A DNA stretch of 64,000 bases, from NCBI GenBank assembly GCA_032718475.1, contig JAUCBJ010006444.1, forward strand, positions 38,886 through 102,885, written 5' to 3'. The notes below the pieces were generated by a model. The model ran no database searches and was not told the origin of the DNA. It saw nothing but the letters and a program-made list of their open reading frames with translations. A program made the position numbers and the translations under genes. Shown one piece after another: positions 59,201 to 64,000 of this stretch (its first letter is position 1; each line of letters starts with the position of its first letter). The stretch comes from Nemertoderma westbladi. Lineage: Eukaryota > Animalia > Xenacoelomorpha.

Positions 59201-62200
59201 TGGAGGTTCGTTGTCAGTGCCCCCTCCCCTATCAGTACATGAGTAGTACCCGTGGAGGTTCGTTGTCAGTGCCCCCTCCCCTATCAGTACATGAGTAGTA
59301 CCATTGGAGGTTCGTTGTCAGTGCCCCCTTCCCTATCAGTACATGAGTAGTACCCGTGGAGGTTCGTTGTCAGTGCCCCCTTCCCTATCAGTACATGAGT
59401 AGTACCAGTGGAGGTTCTTTGTCAGTGCCCCCTCCCCTATCAGTACATGAGTAGTACCAGTGGAGGTTCGTTGTCAGTGCCCCCTTCCCTATCAGTACAT
59501 GAGTAGTACCCGTGGAGGTTCGTTGTCAGTGCCCCCTCCCCTTTCAGTACATGAGTACCAGTGGAGGTTCGTTGTCAGTGCCCCCTCCCCTATCAGTACA
59601 TGAGTACCAGTGGAGGTTCGTTGTCAGTGCCCCCTTCCCTATCAGTACATGAGTACTACCAGTGGAGGTTCGTTGTCAGTGCCCCCTCCCCTATCCGTAC
59701 ATGAGTAGTACCAGTGGAGGTTCGTTGTCAGTGCCCCCTCCCCTATCCGTACATGAGTAGTACCCGTGGAGGTTCGTTGTCAGTGCCCCCTTCCCTATCC
59801 GTACATGAGTAGTACCAGTGGAGGTTCGTTGTCAGTGCCCTCTCCCCTATCAGTACATGAGTACCAGTGGAGGTTCGTTGTCAGTGCCCCCTTCCATATC
59901 AGTACATGAGTAGTACCATTGGAGGTTCGTTGTCATTGCCCCCTCCCCTATCCATACATGAGTACCAGTGGAGGTTCGTTGTCAGTGCCCCCTTCCCTAT
60001 CAGTACATGAGTAGTACCCATGGAGGTTCGTTGTCAGTGCCCCGTCCCCTATCAGTACATGAGTAGTACCAGTGGAGGTTCGTTGTCAGTGCCCCGTCCC
60101 CTATCTGTACATGAGTAGTACCAGTGGGGGTTCGTTGTCAGTGCCCCCTTCCCTATCAGTACATGAGTAGTACCCGTGGAGGTTCGTTGTCAGTGCCCCG
60201 TCCCTTATCAGTACATGAGTAGTACCATTGGAGGTTCGTTGTCAGTGCCCCCTTCCCTATCAGTACATGAGTAGTACCAGTGGAGGTTCGTTGTCAGTGC
60301 CCCCTCCCCTATCCGTACATGAGTAGTACCAGTGGAGGTTCGTTGTCAGTGCCCCCTTCCCTATCCGTACATGAGTACCATTGGAGGTTCGTTGTCAGTG
60401 CCCCCTCCCCTATCCGTACATGAGTAGTACCCGTGGAGGTTCGTTGTCAGTGCCCCCTTCCCTATCCGTACATGAGTAGTACCAGTGGAGGTTCGTTGTC
60501 AGTGCCCTCTCCCCTATCAGTACATGAGTACCAGTGGAGGTTCGTTGTCAGTGCCCCCTTCCATATCAGTACATGAGTAGTACCATTGGAGGTTCGTTGT
60601 CATTGCCCCCTCCCCTATCCATACATGAGTACCAGTGGAGGTTCGTTGTCAGTGCCCCCTTCCCTATCAGTACATGAGTAGTACCCGTGGAGGTTCGTTG
60701 TCAGTGCCCCGTCCCCTATCAGTACATGAGTAGTACCAGTGGAGGTTCGTTGTCAGTGCCCCGTCCCCTATCTGTACATGAGTAGTACCAGTGGGGGTTC
60801 GTTGTCAGTGCCCCCTTCCCTATCAGTACATGAGTAGTACCCGTGGAGGTTCGTTGTCAGTGCCCCCTCCCCTATCAGTACATGAGTAGTACCATTGGAG
60901 GTTCGTTGTCAGTGCCCCCTTCCCTATCAGTACATGAGTAGTACCAGTGGAGGTTCGTTGTCAGTGCCCCCTCCCCTATCCGTACATGAGTAGTACCAGT
61001 GGAGGTTCGTTGTCAGTGCCCCCTTCCCTATCCGTACATGAGTACCATTGGAGGTTCGTTGTCAGGGCCCCCTTCCCTATCAGTACATGAGTAGTACCAG
61101 TGGAGGTTCGTTGTCAGTGCCCCCTTCCCTATCCGTACATGAGTACCATTGGAGGTTCGTTGTCAGTGCCCCCTTCCCTATCAGTACATGAGTAGTACCC
61201 GTCCAGGTTCGTTGTCAGTTCCCCCTCCCCTATCAGTACATGAGTAGTACCCGTGGAGGTCCGTTGTCAGTGCCCCCTTCCCTATCAGTACATGAGTAGT
61301 ACCAGTGGAGGTTCGTTGTCAGTACCCCCTCCCCTATCCGTACATGAGTACCAGTGGAGGTTCGTTGTCAGTGCCCCCTCCCCTATCAGTACATGAGTAG
61401 TACCCGTGGAGGTTCGTTGTCAGTGCCCCCTCCCCTATCAGTACATGAGTAGTACCATTGGAGGTTCGTTGTCAGTGCCCCCTTCCCTATCAGTACATGA
61501 GTAGTACCCGTGGAGGTTCGTTGTCAGTGCCCCCTTCCCTATCAGTACATGAGTAGTACCAGTGGAGGTTCTTTGTCAGTGCCCCCTCCCCTATCAGTAC
61601 ATGAATAGTACCAGTGGAGGTTCGTTGTCAGTGCCCCCTTCCCTATCAGTACATGAGTAGTACCCGTGGAGGTTCGTTGTCAGTGCCCCCTCCCCTATCA
61701 GTACATGAGTACCAGTGGAGGTTCGTTGTCAGTGCCCCCTCCCCTATCAGTACATGAGTACCAGTGGAGGTTCGTTGTCAGTGCCCCCTTCCCTATCAGT
61801 ACATGAGTACTACCAGTGGAGGTTCGTTGTCAGTGCCCCCTCCCCTATCCGTACATGAGTAGTACCAGTGGAGGTTCGTTGTCAGTGCCCCCTCCCCTAT
61901 CAGTACATGAGTACCAGTGGAGGTTCGTTGTCAGTGCCCCCTCCCCTATCAGTACATGAGTAGTACCAGTGGAGGTTCGTTGTCAGTGCCCCCTTCCCTA
62001 TCAGTACATGAGTAGTACCCGTTGAGGTTCGTTGTCAGTGCCCCCTTCCCTATCAGTACATGAGTAGTACCCGTTGAGGTTCGTTGTCAGTGCCCCCTTC
62101 CCTATCAGTACATGAGTAGTACCAGTGGAGGTTCGTTGTCAGTGCCCCCTCCCATATCCGTACATGAGTACCAGTGGAGGTTCGTTGTCAGTGCCCACTC

Positions 62201-62207
62201 CCCTATC
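41284..62207. repeat. 52/49-bp satellite array, ~20.9 kb, ~400 units
   Basis: Unit GTACCAGTGGAGGTTCGTTGTCAGTGCCCCCTCCCCTATCAGTACATGA(GTA); the 49-bp variant lacks one GTA. Confidence 0.99.
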
Positions 62208-62301
62208 TACTGACTATAGACTGGTTTCAACTGATGTCAATTGGCAAGGGCAATAGTCGATTTAAGGAGACACTTAAATTAGCAGGTTAAACTGTTAAAG
62301 G

Positions 62302-62605
62302 TCTACTACTACTAGGATCGGCATGCTGCATTGCAGCTGCATTCTTAAGAATGCTGTGCCGGCTTGTCAACAAAATTGCACCGCCACAACTCCCTATCAC
62401 CCATGACATTTGCTAGATCATCCGCATCTTTAAGGCCAGTGTCCTTTAAGATGCGTCTCAAGAAAGTCATGGGCTGTCCACCATGCTTATTCACTCCATG
62501 AGGCTGCCAAAGTACAAGATTATGCACTGGCTGGTCCTCACGGCGAAAGCAATGTCCTGCAAAGCGGAGGCGATTTTGTTCTAGTGTCAAGCTTGGGGGA
62601 ACCAA
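62302..62605 (-). pseudogene. 5'-truncated RTE-clade LINE 3' end
   Basis: RLRFAGHCFR...LVLWQPHG...GGQPMTF...DTGL....L.NVMGDRELWR is typical of the RTE ORF C-terminus. A (TAG)n tail lies at ~62303-62315 on the - strand. Confidence 0.85.
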
Positions 62606-62625
62606 TGAGACACCTCCAATGTGGG

Positions 62626-62860
62626 GCGAGCCACGAAGTGAGTGAGCCTTAGCGTAGTGGTACCATTAATCAACCTGTCGTTCTGTCGTTCTGTCGTTCT
62701 GTCGTTCTGTCGTGTTCAATTTTAAACGTTAATAACTCGGCCAATCTTTGATGAAATCTATCCAAACTTGGTACACATGTTGTTTGGCAAAAGTTTAGAA
62801 ATTTTCCAAGTAGAATTTCCGTGTGGCCTTCGAGAAGCTAAGATAATAGCAGTTAATTAG
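62626..62860 (+). mobile_element. Possible Helentron-associated (HINE/DINE-1-like) non-autonomous element 5' part
   Basis: (CTGTCGTT)4-5 microsatellite at ~62675-62713, followed by AATAACT...AAACTTGGTACACATG, the block arrangement seen in HINE-type repeats. Ends not defined. Confidence 0.4.
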
Positions 62861-63639
62861 TTAATTAAGTTGATTGCGGTGAAAACGCCATTTTCAACCT
62901 GCCTTTTAAAGGAAATTAATTGTTTTACAGTATAAGATTTAAATAATTATACTTAAAAATTATACAGATATAATCCCCATACGCCATTCTATTATAGTTT
63001 TTAATTAGTTTAAGTGATTTGCTTTAATAAATGTGTCTTTAATTGATCTAAACGTAATTAAACCGCACAATTATTGAGTACAAATTTAATCCTTCCCATT
63101 ATTGGTCAAGTCTCTGCTGGTGTGGAGCTAGCTGCTGGGAGTTGTGGCTGTAGAATAACCTGAGAGGAATTGTAATAGAGGCTACCAGTATTGCTATTCC
63201 AGCCCAATCACTGAATTGTGTTTATTATAGGCTGGACGGGCCGCATAACCGTTCGACTATTACTACTATTGCTATCTCAGTTAAATGACAGATATAATAA
63301 CATAAATACAATCCATGGCATGGCTGTTGTAGGCTTCTGAAATAGTTTATTCCACAATGTATATGTCTGGTTATTTTTTAATTGAATTTTTGCAAAGTAG
63401 TAAAATTAATGTTCTTAAAAATAATATTATTATTTTATATGTAACCTAGGAAATTAGCTACATTTTTTCGCTGCAGCTTTAAGAGTGTACATTGATTTAA
63501 TATTATTTCAATACCCATATTACTACATCGGCATAAGATGCGTTGGCGTTGTATCACACATCTCCACATATCACACATCTCCACATAGATGTATCAACAG
63601 TTACTCGCACAGTTTCGAAACTTCGCATAGTTATAACTG

Positions 63640-63931
63640 TATAAAGATCGTCAGTCTGCGTTTAGGAAAAATATTTTATGACAAAACAGGACAAGCGACG
63701 AGCGCAACGAGGCATATAATGAAGACGAGTACTGCGTTGACTAAATTATTATATAAACCACCTGGCTTCACATATTGATCGCATCCCTAGTTATTATTAT
63801 TATAAAGATCGTCCTAGCCTGCGTTTAAGAAATATATTTAAATACAAAACAGGACGAACGCAAAGAGGCTTATAATGAAAACGAGTACTGCGTTTATTAT
63901 ATTCCTATAAACCACCTGGCTTTGCATATTT
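63640..63931. repeat. Two diverged ~160-bp tandem units
   Basis: TATAAAGATCGTC...ACAAAACAGGAC...ACGAGTACTGCGTT...TATAAACCACCTGGCTT at ~63640 and ~63801. Confidence 0.75.
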
Positions 63932-64000
63932 AACGTGCGATTGGAAATAAGTTCGTGCTACCCTTCCGTGGGTGGTAGATGTCGCGGTTATGTATTGGTG

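Noticed and set aside
41284-62207. CRISPR array or repeat-protein gene
   Set aside because: Head-to-tail units with no unique spacers, no cas genes, eukaryotic context; the small ORFs are repeat translations.
63231-63290. Candidate next DAAM exon after tttattatag
   Set aside because: No frame resembles the expected G...LEFRLHLRYEF continuation, and stops follow quickly.

Overview
Eukaryotic (invertebrate-like, intron-rich) genomic window. Three + strand exons (12460-12628, 15470-15667, 16371-16465) encode part of the GBD/FH3 region of a DAAM-type formin, and nearly all other sequence appears to be intronic repeat. Positions 1-11837 are the terminal part of a decayed Polinton/Maverick: a zinc-finger-led pPolB pseudogene, a TBP-fold ORF and an ACTACT terminus. 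It is interrupted by a complete Ty1/Copia (GalEa-like) element at 5530-10665 (TSD GTAAC). An 18.2-kb BEL/Pao element on the - strand (21881-40067, TSD TGGAT) splits a LINE relic. This BEL element is the most unusual object. It carries (i) a ~1060-codon extra ORF in the env position with a WRN/RNase D-like DEDDy exonuclease signature, (ii) nine dispersed copies of a 20-nt hairpin found in all three reading frames with a compensatory change, (iii) a duplicated hammerhead-like structured unit, and (iv) 2-kb LTRs with no visible tRNA PBS. Tandem arrays have 18, 53, 29, 42 and 52/49-bp units. The 29-bp array is ~160 amplified copies of the DAAM exon's own splice donor. All calls come from manual reading; no searches were run.
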